Of a DNA stretch of 64,000 bases, positions 37,335-48,347 are shown one piece after another (within the stretch, counting starts at the first letter, position 1; each line of letters starts with the position of its first letter). The notes under the pieces are model-generated. The model did no database searches and was not told where the DNA came from. It saw only the letters and a list, made by a program, of their open reading frames with translations. The position numbers and the translations under genes were made by a program. The stretch is from Candidatus Gastranaerophilales bacterium. Lineage in GTDB: Bacteria; Cyanobacteriota; Vampirovibrionia; Gastranaerophilales; Gastranaerophilaceae. The stretch is from assembly GCA_947594025.1 (NCBI GenBank), contig CANQDZ010000003.1, positions 250 to 64,249 on the forward strand, in the 5' to 3' direction.

Positions 37335-39007
37335 AAAAAGTAGTTATTTTATTATCAATAATATTTCTTTTACTTTTATCTTATAAGCTTTTAAGCTTTA
37401 CGGATAAAAGTTATGAGGTAATAGAGGTTGTTGAGGGCGATTTAATCTACATTGATTTAAACAGAAATAAAATTTCGGATAAAAATGAGCTGTTTCATTT
37501 AAGCGGGGTTAATTCTTTCCCTTTGAAACTTAATAACAAAACTAAGATTTATATGGATAAATTTGGTTTGAGTCTTGAAGAAGTGTTCATGCTCGGCAAT
37601 CTCGGCATTGAATTTACTAAGAATAATCTATTGAATAAAGAAGTAAAATTTATTGAAAAACCAAAAGAGTATGACCCTGATTATAAGTATCGATTTGGAA
37701 AAATAAGCCGCAACAAAGAAGATTGGGGAATAACTCTTTTAAAAAACGGGCTTGGTGCCGCCTATTGGGGCAAGGAAGGTATTCCTTATTTATCTTTTGA
37801 AAACAAAGAAAAAGTAAAAGAAAATATAGCTAAAATAATCAATGCCGATAATAAGATTTCAGAAAAAGTTAAAAACAATAATATTTCAGAAGAAAAATAC
37901 AAAGAAATTATAAAAATCGAAAATTTAAGTCTTTATTTATCTAATCCGAATAAATATAAGAAACCTCAAAATGCCTGTGTCACACCTTCTTGCAAAAATC
38001 TTTTATCTGAAATTCAAAACGCGGAAGAAACTATTGATATTGCGATATACGGAATTGAAAACGAAAATGAAATATTAAACGCACTAAAAACTGCAAAAGA
38101 TAGGGGAGTTAAGATAAGATGTGCTGCGGATTCTGACGCAAATGGCGAATTTACATACGCAGATACGAAAGAACTTGAAAAGGTGTGCGAGAGCGTAAAA
38201 TATGACAATAAATATAATATTATGCACAACAAGTTTTTTATTTTTGATAACAAAAAGGTTATAACGGGTTCAACAAATATGTCGCCGACAGGAATTGGAG
38301 GCTATAATTCAAATTCTATTGTTGTGATTGAAAATAAAGATATTTCAAGCACATACAAGAAAGAGTTTGATGAAATGTTTAAGGGATTATTCCAAATTAA
38401 AAAGGAAAATAACAATAGCAGACGAAATATCAAAATAAATAATGATACATATGTTGATGTTTTCTTTTCGCCTAAAGGGGATATGTATAAAAACCTTTTT
38501 CATCCTTTAATCACAAATGCAAAAAGCTTAATTTATATAGATGTTTTCTATCTCACTCACAAAGAAATTGCGCAAGATTTAATTAATGCACACAAAAGAG
38601 GAGTTGAAATTAAAATTATAATTGATGCAACATCTGCAAAAAATCCTAAAAGCAGGCTTAAAGAATTAAGGAACGAAGGAATTAAGGTAAAAGTTGAAAA
38701 TTGGGGCGGTAAAGCACATGAAAAAACAATGAGTATTGATAATAAAATTTTGATTTTAGGAAGTGCAAATTTTACCCAAAGTGCTATGAACTATAATGAC
38801 GAAAACACAATTGCTATCTATAATTCCTATGTTACAAAAGAATATAACAAATTCTTTATTGCCCTTTATAATTCAATAGATGATAAATATCTTCTTAAAA
38901 TCCCGAATGCTGAAGGTTTTGCTTCGAAAAATTCTTGTTATGACGGAATTGATAATGATTTTGACGGCAAAAAGGATAAAGAGGACAGCGGATGTATTAA
39001 TCGTTAA
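37331..39007 (+). CDS. secreted phospholipase D-like protein with two HKD motifs
   Basis: 558 aa. N-terminal TM/signal. HKD motif 1 'HNKFFIFDNKKVITGSTNMS' and HKD motif 2 'HEKTMSIDNKILILGSANFTQSA'. Confidence 0.85.
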   Translation: MKKVVILLSIIFLLLLSYKLLSFTDKSYEVIEVVEGDLIYIDLNRNKISDKNELFHLSGVNSFPLKLNNKTKIYMDKFGLSLEEVFMLGNLGIEFTKNNLLNKEVKFIEKPKEYDPDYKYRFGKISRNKEDWGITLLKNGLGAAYWGKEGIPYLSFENKEKVKENIAKIINADNKISEKVKNNNISEEKYKEIIKIENLSLYLSNPNKYKKPQNACVTPSCKNLLSEIQNAEETIDIAIYGIENENEILNALKTAKDRGVKIRCAADSDANGEFTYADTKELEKVCESVKYDNKYNIMHNKFFIFDNKKVITGSTNMSPTGIGGYNSNSIVVIENKDISSTYKKEFDEMFKGLFQIKKENNNSRRNIKINNDTYVDVFFSPKGDMYKNLFHPLITNAKSLIYIDVFYLTHKEIAQDLINAHKRGVEIKIIIDATSAKNPKSRLKELRNEGIKVKVENWGGKAHEKTMSIDNKILILGSANFTQSAMNYNDENTIAIYNSYVTKEYNKFFIALYNSIDDKYLLKIPNAEGFASKNSCYDGIDNDFDGKKDKEDSGCINR

Positions 39008-40341
39008 ACAAATTTATATTCTTGAATAAATTTAATTGCTTCTTCTTTATTATTTACGGTTTTTAAAAGCTGCGCTTCTTTTAAGGCATCGATTATTTCT
39101 CTCAATTTTGGACCTTGGGGTATATCTTTTATTTTCATGATTTCTTTTCCGTCCAGAAGTTTTGGCAAATCTATAAGAGTGGGTTTAATTTCCTCATAAA
39201 AATTAAGAAGTTCTTTTAAATTACTCAGGTTGTTTTTAACCATAAGGTCTGAAACGGCTTCCCCCCTTGCGCTTAATCTGTCCGCACGTGCAAGTTCTAT
39301 CACGTCTTCTATATCAGGGTAAAGCCTTTTTACAAAACGTATCATGGCAGATTTTGTTCTGTCCTCGCTTGACATAAGCTGAGAGGGGTAAATATGATTT
39401 TGTATCATTTTAACAATATAATCAGTTTGTTTTTTTGAAAATTTTAATTCCTGAAGAATGGGACGGGCAAGCTCGGCTCCAACTTTTTCATGTCCTATAA
39501 ACCTGTGTCTTCCCGTTTCTTCTTCAATTTTCCAAGTTTGAGGTTTTCCTATGTCATGTAAAAGTGCCGCAATTTTAAGATATGGATTTTTAATTCTGAT
39601 ATTATTTACCGTTTCTATTAAGTGAAAGACTAAAGGCAAGTGATGATGAGTGTTTGGAGGAATTTTTTCAACCTCTTTAAATATCGGAAATATCACGTTT
39701 AAAAATCCGATTTTTTGCATATCTAAAAGACTATCAACTATAAAATCGCCTGAAAACATTTTCACAAGCTCATAATTTATTCTTTCTTTTGCGGATTTAT
39801 TTAAAAGTTCACCGTTTTCTTTTATAAAATCTTTAACGTTATTTTCTATATCAAATCCTAAAAGCGCTTTAAATCTGTATGCTCTGAGTAATCTTAAGGG
39901 GTCATCCGAAAGATTTTTCAGGTCATATGTTCTTATTTTTTTATTTTTAATATCATCTGAGAAGTTATGAGGGTCATAAAATTCTTCTTTATTTAAATCA
40001 AAAAATAATGAATTTATTGTAAAATCACGTCTTTCAATATCTTTTAAGAGGTCATTTTCAACAGGTTTTGTGATATCTAAATAATTTATTTTATCTTTTA
40101 AAACAACTCTGTATATCTCGTTTTCATTGTCTAACAGTACTTTTGTTCCCCCAATCATATTTATAATTTCATCAGCAAGGCTTGAGGGAGAAATATCCGA
40201 TACAATTAAATCTCTGTCGTTTGAAGATTTATTTAATATTAAATCACGCAAAAAACCGCCCGCCAAATACACTTTATGTTTTTGGAAAACGGGTTTTAAA
40301 GTTTTAATTATACTGTCATTTAATATTTTATTTTTCATCAT
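39004..40341 (-). CDS. cca: CCA-adding tRNA nucleotidyltransferase with HD domain
   Basis: 445 aa. Motifs 'GGFLRDLIL...DRDL', 'RDFTINS', 'DPLRLLRAYRF' and HD 'LLHDIGK'. Confidence 0.85.
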   Translation of the reverse strand: MMKNKILNDSIIKTLKPVFQKHKVYLAGGFLRDLILNKSSNDRDLIVSDISPSSLADEIINMIGGTKVLLDNENEIYRVVLKDKINYLDITKPVENDLLKDIERRDFTINSLFFDLNKEEFYDPHNFSDDIKNKKIRTYDLKNLSDDPLRLLRAYRFKALLGFDIENNVKDFIKENGELLNKSAKERINYELVKMFSGDFIVDSLLDMQKIGFLNVIFPIFKEVEKIPPNTHHHLPLVFHLIETVNNIRIKNPYLKIAALLHDIGKPQTWKIEEETGRHRFIGHEKVGAELARPILQELKFSKKQTDYIVKMIQNHIYPSQLMSSEDRTKSAMIRFVKRLYPDIEDVIELARADRLSARGEAVSDLMVKNNLSNLKELLNFYEEIKPTLIDLPKLLDGKEIMKIKDIPQGPKLREIIDALKEAQLLKTVNNKEEAIKFIQEYKFV

Positions 40342-41047
40342 TTAGCTCGTATATAACATTTGAAATGCCTGCAGTAATAGCATTTGGTGCTTTGTAAATA
40401 AGCTTTCCAAGACTCACGAGAGGATAATTTTGTTTATTGAAAAATTCAAATTCGTCTTTTGAAAAACCACCCTCAGGTCCAATCACGATAAGGAGTTCTT
40501 CATTTTTATCATAATTTTTTAGAGCGGTTTTTAAAGTTGTATTCTCGTTTTTTTCGGCAAAAATAATGATATTTTTAAATTCAGCTAAAATATCCTTTAA
40601 TTTTTTTTCTTTTACAACTTCCATTTTATCTGCTCTTTCGCATTGCTTAAAGCTTTCATCAGATATTTTTTGAAGTTTTTCGATATTTTTTAAATTTTTT
40701 ATTGCACAGTTATCGGTTATCGCAAGATATAGTTTTTTAATCCCCGTCTGAGTTGCATTTGCTGCTGCAAAACTCATCCCATCCCCTTTTAAAATGGCTT
40801 GGGCGACATTTAATTTTAAATTTAATTTTCTTTCTGATTTATATTGTTTTTTAATTTTGCCTTCCACATTTTTTTTGCTTACGGATGTAATTTCGACTTC
40901 GTAAACTATTTCATCTTCATCAATGAATTTAACTGTTTCACCTGTTTTTAGGCGCATAGCAGATACAAGATGCTTTAATAAAGAAGCATCTTGTATGTTT
41001 ACAATTTTACCGTTTATATTATTTTTTGTAATTGAAAAATGCGGCAT
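40328..41047 (-). CDS. rsmE: 16S rRNA (uracil1498-N3)-methyltransferase
   Basis: 239 aa. 'IGPEGGFSKDE' and the C-terminal knot region are typical of RsmE. Confidence 0.85.
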   Translation of the reverse strand: MPHFSITKNNINGKIVNIQDASLLKHLVSAMRLKTGETVKFIDEDEIVYEVEITSVSKKNVEGKIKKQYKSERKLNLKLNVAQAILKGDGMSFAAANATQTGIKKLYLAITDNCAIKNLKNIEKLQKISDESFKQCERADKMEVVKEKKLKDILAEFKNIIIFAEKNENTTLKTALKNYDKNEELLIVIGPEGGFSKDEFEFFNKQNYPLVSLGKLIYKAPNAITAGISNVIYELNDEK

Positions 41048-41060
41048 AACAATTTACTGA

Positions 41061-41243
41061 TTAGTAGGCATCAAACCTTTTTTGATTTTCGATTTGGCGT
41101 TGTTTAACATTTTCTCTGTTAAATAACTGTTTGGTTTCGTACCAGGTGCCATGGTCTGCATTAACCCAGTCAAACCAGCCAAAATGATTTGCACCATACC
41201 ATATAATTGCACAAAAAATTGCAACACCGAGCCAAAATTTCAT
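41061..41243 (-). CDS. small membrane protein, unknown function
   Basis: 'MKFWLGVAIFCAIIWYGANHFGWFDW...'. ATG at 41243 is preceded by GGAGAAAAAG. The longer ORF-track start would overlap the gyrB 3' end. Confidence 0.5.
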   Translation of the reverse strand: MKFWLGVAIFCAIIWYGANHFGWFDWVNADHGTWYETKQLFNRENVKQRQIENQKRFDAY

Positions 41244-41253
41244 CTTTTTCTCC

Positions 41254-43722
<2,469 letters not shown>

Positions 43723-43732
43723 TTATAATTAT

Positions 43733-43760
43733 ATTGTACTACAAAAACGGCATGTGGCAA
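43733..43760 (-). promoter_or_regulatory. sigma70-type promoter for gyrB
   Basis: On the minus strand: TTGCCA, 16-nt spacer, TACAAT. An AAGGGGAG SD follows before the ATG. Confidence 0.45.
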
Positions 43761-43797
43761 GTTTTTAAAGGTATTTTAAGTATTTTTTTTAATAATT

Positions 43798-45594
43798 TTA
43801 CTCGCTTACAACTTGGTTTCTGCCATTTTCTTTAGCAACATATAATCTTTTATCACAAGCTTGGATTAAATCCTTTGGAGTAAGCCCATCTTCGGGCATT
43901 GTAGCAACACCTACACTTATGGTTACGTTTACAATATCGCCGGTTGCAAGAGTAACCTTCGTGTTTCTTACTGTTTCGCAAATTTTATTTGCAGTTGAAA
44001 TAGCATCTTTTTTATTTGTGTTGGTTAAAATAACAGCCATTTCCTCACCGCCGTAACGACATGGAATATCTGTCGACCTTACGCATGATTTCATAACATG
44101 AGCTACCTGTTTTAAAACCGCATCTCCGCTTTGATGACCGTATGTATCATTAAACTTTTTAAAAAAGTCGATATCTGTCATAATAAGTGAAAATTCTGTT
44201 TGATAACGATTATAATTTTGTGTATTTAAAGTCATTTGTTCTTGGAAGTATCTGTGATTATAAAGCTGAGTCATAACATCAGTTACCGCAAGATAATAAG
44301 TTTGCTCATAATCTTTTTCTTTTAGGATGTATTTTAAAATGTATGATGTAATAAAGAAAATTGTGACACCTGTAAAAGGAAGTATAATTCCGACCCATAT
44401 ATCAAATATGCTCATCAAAGCGTATGCGGTAATGCAGTAAATACCAAATATGCCTAAAGTATAGAGCAAAGATTTTACAATGTTATTTATTTTATTTACA
44501 AAAATAACGGCAATAAATCCAAGTATAAAAGCAATCAACACATCAACAAACAGAGGAACATGATAAATAAAATCGTTGTTGATAAAGTTTGCAAAATATG
44601 TTGCATGCACTTCAACCCCAGGAATTAAAGATGAAATGGGGGATGACTTAATATCGTTTAATAATGAGGCAGTTGCGCCTATATAGATAACTTTATCTTT
44701 TATATTTTTTTCTAAAAATTCTTTATCGTTTTTAGAAATTGCCTTATGAATATCACTTAAAGAAATATTTTGAAATGCATCTTCCTTATACCAATTCATG
44801 ATAGCTCTTGCCGTATCATTTATTGGTATTTTATGTTTCAAATCAATATTTATGAAATTATTTTTAACTTCAAAAGAGTTAGTATCTTTACCCAAATATT
44901 TAAGCGCAGATAAAGTTGACATATTTTTGTAAAAACTGCCTTTATAATATACAAAAACAGGCATGTAGCGGATAATACCGTCTGATTCTCGTGTAAAGTT
45001 CACGGAACCCGTGTTTGTAGATTTCTCTAATATTTCATTTAAAATAGGCTGGCAATTTTTAAAATTTATTTGCGAATTATTTTGAATAATTTCTCCGTTT
45101 TTTACATTGTTTTGAAGTGCAAGCGGAAGGTTTTTCGGGGTTCTGTTTTCTTCTTTTTCAAAATCAAACAGCATGCCTGTAATCAAATTATTGTTAGAGT
45201 TTACGGCATTTATAAATTTAATATCCGATTTACTGCCGCCTTTATTGCTTTTTTTGGGAAACATAAAATCTATTACAATAAGTTTTGGATTATATTTTTC
45301 AATCTCGTTGATTAAATCCGCCCAGTATTCCCTTTTGACAGGCCATTCTCCGTAAGTATCATTTATAAATTCATAGCTTTTAGTATCAAGTGCCAGAATT
45401 TTAATCGGATTATCTTTGGGGATTTTATGCTTTGATGTTATTTTTTGTCGTAAATCAAAGGTTTTTCCTTCAAAAGCGGATGAAAATTCATACAAAAAAG
45501 AAACCTTTGTGAATACAAAAATTAATAAAACAAAAATTACACTTATCGAAAGATATATAAACAGATTGGTTTTATTCGTTTTCATACGTTTCAA
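43798..45594 (-). CDS. CHASE2 sensor-domain diguanylate cyclase (GGDEF)
   Basis: 598 aa. N-terminal TM, extracytoplasmic CHASE2-like region, three TM helices. GGDEF domain 'IDFFKKFNDTYGHQSGD' and 'RSTDIPCRYGGEEMAVIL'. The start is TTG 45594 or ATG 45585. Confidence 0.85.
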   Translation of the reverse strand: MKRMKTNKTNLFIYLSISVIFVLLIFVFTKVSFLYEFSSAFEGKTFDLRQKITSKHKIPKDNPIKILALDTKSYEFINDTYGEWPVKREYWADLINEIEKYNPKLIVIDFMFPKKSNKGGSKSDIKFINAVNSNNNLITGMLFDFEKEENRTPKNLPLALQNNVKNGEIIQNNSQINFKNCQPILNEILEKSTNTGSVNFTRESDGIIRYMPVFVYYKGSFYKNMSTLSALKYLGKDTNSFEVKNNFINIDLKHKIPINDTARAIMNWYKEDAFQNISLSDIHKAISKNDKEFLEKNIKDKVIYIGATASLLNDIKSSPISSLIPGVEVHATYFANFINNDFIYHVPLFVDVLIAFILGFIAVIFVNKINNIVKSLLYTLGIFGIYCITAYALMSIFDIWVGIILPFTGVTIFFITSYILKYILKEKDYEQTYYLAVTDVMTQLYNHRYFQEQMTLNTQNYNRYQTEFSLIMTDIDFFKKFNDTYGHQSGDAVLKQVAHVMKSCVRSTDIPCRYGGEEMAVILTNTNKKDAISTANKICETVRNTKVTLATGDIVNVTISVGVATMPEDGLTPKDLIQACDKRLYVAKENGRNQVVSE

Positions 45595-45836
45595 TTATAT
45601 CATATATTGAATTTGTTGAAACATTTTTTATATTAACGTTGAATTTATCAAGCAATTTAACAAATTGTGATTCGCGTCCAAAAGACATATCGTCTTTTTG
45701 AGATAAAAATTTTAGAAGCGACTCTTCGTTTAAACTCGTAACCATATGGTTATTTTCTAATATTTTCTATTTTTAAACATCAATCATTTGAACAATATAT
45801 TTTGTAAAATATTCAATCTTTTATATGATTTGTTTA

Positions 45837-45865
45837 TTGTAAAAACAAAATTTCAAGGATATAAT
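45837..45865 (+). promoter_or_regulatory. sigma70-type promoter (TTGTAA-17-TATAAT)
   Basis: -35 TTGTAA (45837-45842), 17-nt spacer, -10 TATAAT (45860-45865). The ATG at 45872 lies 6 nt downstream. Confidence 0.4.
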
Positions 45866-45871
45866 CATTTT

Positions 45872-46507
45872 ATGCATTTTAAAGATTTAAACTTAGACAT
45901 TGACAAAAAAATCTTTTTTGGAGGAATTTCCCTGTCAAGTTCCGTAAATTATGATTCGGGGATTGCTATCTTAGACAAAAACAAGCAGATAATAATGCTT
46001 GATAAATTCTATAATACTGAAGATTTGGACATATTTTTAAAAAACTTTAATTCAATAGGAAGTACCGTTTTTTGTGTATCCATTCCAAGTGATACATCAA
46101 TGCTTGAAGGAAAATGGAGAATACACTCTAAAAACTATAAAATGTTGAATGATAAATTTAAAATTAACAGAAATAATTGGACAAACAGATTATCTTCAAG
46201 AGGATGTGAGGTTTTAGATAAATATAAAGAAAAAGGAATGGTGTATTTAAGGTATGATATAGGGCAATTACGCTTGGCATATAATATTATGCCTACTTAT
46301 TCTCTAAGGTCATCTCTTGATTGTAAAAGTATGCACACGGCATTAAAACTAAAATATGATTTTAGACAATTGCCTGATAATATGCTCCCTGCGTCAAATT
46401 TTGAGGCAATTTTAGGCGCAATGTTTGCTTATGATATAGCACATGGCTCAAAGTTTGAAAAAGTCTCAACATTTAATAATACTGACTTACTTTATAAAAC
46501 AAATTAA
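45872..46507 (+). CDS. hypothetical protein (weak resemblance to DUF429 / RNase H-fold proteins)
   Basis: The ORF track starts at TTG 45788. The ATG at 45872 ('MHFKDLNLD...') follows a good promoter. The block 'FFGGISLSSS...SGIAILDKN...VFCVSIP' and the later 'EAILGAMFAY' recall DUF429, but I cannot verify this. Confidence 0.5.
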   Translation: MHFKDLNLDIDKKIFFGGISLSSSVNYDSGIAILDKNKQIIMLDKFYNTEDLDIFLKNFNSIGSTVFCVSIPSDTSMLEGKWRIHSKNYKMLNDKFKINRNNWTNRLSSRGCEVLDKYKEKGMVYLRYDIGQLRLAYNIMPTYSLRSSLDCKSMHTALKLKYDFRQLPDNMLPASNFEAILGAMFAYDIAHGSKFEKVSTFNNTDLLYKTN

Positions 46508-46544
46508 TATATTCAAATGTCGAAAAATATGATAAAATCAGATT

Positions 46545-46931
46545 ATGGAATACAATATTTGTGAAGAATATATACACATTATCAGGTCCAAAATTAGAAA
46601 CAGAGAATATGATAAGGCTATAATCAGTGCTAATAAGGTTATAGAATACAGACCCGAATTTTCAATGGCATATTATTTAAGAGGAATATGTTACTATGCA
46701 AAAGGGGAATTTATAAAGTCAATCAGCGATTATTCATATGCAATTGCTTTTTCAAAAGATTTTGCAAAAGCGCATTTCAATATGGGTGTCGCAAAATACA
46801 AATTAAAAAAATATGATGACGCAATTGCAGATATTAAATCTGCGCTTAATTTATTCAAAGAAAAAAATGACCAAATTGCAGCAAGAAAATGTGTCGAAAG
46901 CCTTCAAATCATTGAACAAGAGAAGATATAA
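46545..46931 (+). CDS. small TPR-repeat protein
   Basis: 128 aa. About three TPR units ('AYYLRGICYYAKGEFIKSISDYSYAIAFSKDFAKAHFNMGVAKYKLKKYDDAIADIKSAL'). Confidence 0.7.
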   Translation: MEYNICEEYIHIIRSKIRNREYDKAIISANKVIEYRPEFSMAYYLRGICYYAKGEFIKSISDYSYAIAFSKDFAKAHFNMGVAKYKLKKYDDAIADIKSALNLFKEKNDQIAARKCVESLQIIEQEKI

Positions 46932-47915
46932 TTGTCTATTTTATTATTTATTTTCATATTACTTTCAATATCTTTTTTAATTTGCACAATTTGTTTATTG
47001 TTCAAATATTTGATATTAATAAAAAAACTTGAAACCAGAGATTTATTTTTAAAAAAAGCAAAAAATGCCATAAATTCCGTTAGATACGGTAATATTTACG
47101 AACGGCTGGAAGATACGAATAATAAAGATATTAAAGAAATTACGGGCATTTTAAATGAACTGTTTGAAAGTATAACGGACAGAGAAAAAATGATTAGGGA
47201 AAATATTGAAAGAGAAAATGAAGCCAAAATTTTAAAAAATGATTTTATGGCAACGTTAACTCATGATTTAAAAGTCCCGATTATTGCGCAAGATAACACT
47301 TTTGACTTGTTTTTAACTAAAAAATTCGGCGAAATCACACCAATTCAGGAAGAAGTCATTAAAAAAATGAAAATATCAAATATTGATTTAAAATATTTGG
47401 TTGATACCCTTCTTGAAACATATAAAATCGAACAAACAAACATTGAAATAAAAAGAACAAATGTTGTTTTAGAAAGTTTCATAAAAGATATTATCTCTCA
47501 GCTTGAAAGCATATACAGCCTTCATGGCAAAAACGTTAATTTCAAAAATGAATTACCCTCGGGGGCGAGTGCGGATTTGGATAATTTTTTAATAAAAAGA
47601 GTTATACAAAATCTTATTTTAAATGCAATTTCTCATAGCGGACATTCTGAAAATATTGACATTACTTTGAAAAAAAATGATAAAGACTCTTTTAAAATAT
47701 CTGTTCAGGATTATGGTTTAGGAATTGATAAAAGAGAGGTTGAAAAAATATTTAAAAAGTATTATTCGGGTTCAACAAAATTTTCACGTTCAGGTGTCGG
47801 CTTAGGATTATATTTGTGTAATAAAGTCGTAAAACTTCATGGCGGAAAGATAGAGGTTTCAACCAAAGAAAATAAGGGAAGCAAATTTACCGTCACTTTG
47901 AATTATAAAGAATAA
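46932..47915 (+). CDS. membrane-anchored sensor histidine kinase
   Basis: 327 aa. TTG start immediately after the TPR gene stop. One N-terminal TM. H-box 'MATLTHDLKVP', N-box 'NLILNAISHS', G1 'DYGLGI', G2 'GVGLGLYL'. Confidence 0.85.
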   Translation: MSILLFIFILLSISFLICTICLLFKYLILIKKLETRDLFLKKAKNAINSVRYGNIYERLEDTNNKDIKEITGILNELFESITDREKMIRENIERENEAKILKNDFMATLTHDLKVPIIAQDNTFDLFLTKKFGEITPIQEEVIKKMKISNIDLKYLVDTLLETYKIEQTNIEIKRTNVVLESFIKDIISQLESIYSLHGKNVNFKNELPSGASADLDNFLIKRVIQNLILNAISHSGHSENIDITLKKNDKDSFKISVQDYGLGIDKREVEKIFKKYYSGSTKFSRSGVGLGLYLCNKVVKLHGGKIEVSTKENKGSKFTVTLNYKE

Positions 47916-47950
47916 AAAATCGGCAAACTAATGAGGAGTGCCGATTTTTA
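47914..47950. terminator. bidirectional rho-independent terminator
   Basis: Hairpin ATCGGCA...TGCCGAT flanked by an A-run and a T-run, between the convergent kinase and rpsT genes. Confidence 0.6.
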
Positions 47951-47971
47951 AAAACTTATTTTGCCTCAAAA

Positions 47972-48244
47972 CTATTTCTTTTCAGCTAATAATTTTGTAA
48001 TTGCAATTGTAAGTCTTGATTTTTTTCTTGCAGCTGTATTTTTGTGTAAAACACCTTTAGATACCGCTTTATCGCAAAGTTGATAAACTTTAGATAATGC
48101 CTTATCTAATTCTTTTTTGTCACCATCAACCAGTGAAAGAGCTTTTTTAATTGCTGTTTTAATTGATGATTTAAAAGCCGTGTTTTTTAGAGTGTTACGT
48201 TCAGCTGTAAGAACTCTTTTTTTAGCAGATTTAATATTTGCCAT
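47972..48244 (-). CDS. rpsT: 30S ribosomal protein S20
   Basis: 'MANIKSAKKRVLTAERNTLKN...'. The ORF track's upstream start adds 6 residues. Confidence 0.92.
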   Translation of the reverse strand: MANIKSAKKRVLTAERNTLKNTAFKSSIKTAIKKALSLVDGDKKELDKALSKVYQLCDKAVSKGVLHKNTAARKKSRLTIAITKLLAEKK

Positions 48245-48347
48245 TTTTCTTTTTCCTTTCACAAAATAAACTGTTTAACGTTTATCTGCAGAGGTTTGAG
48301 TAATGTACAAAGATAATATTATAAAAAAAAATAATAAGCAACATGAA

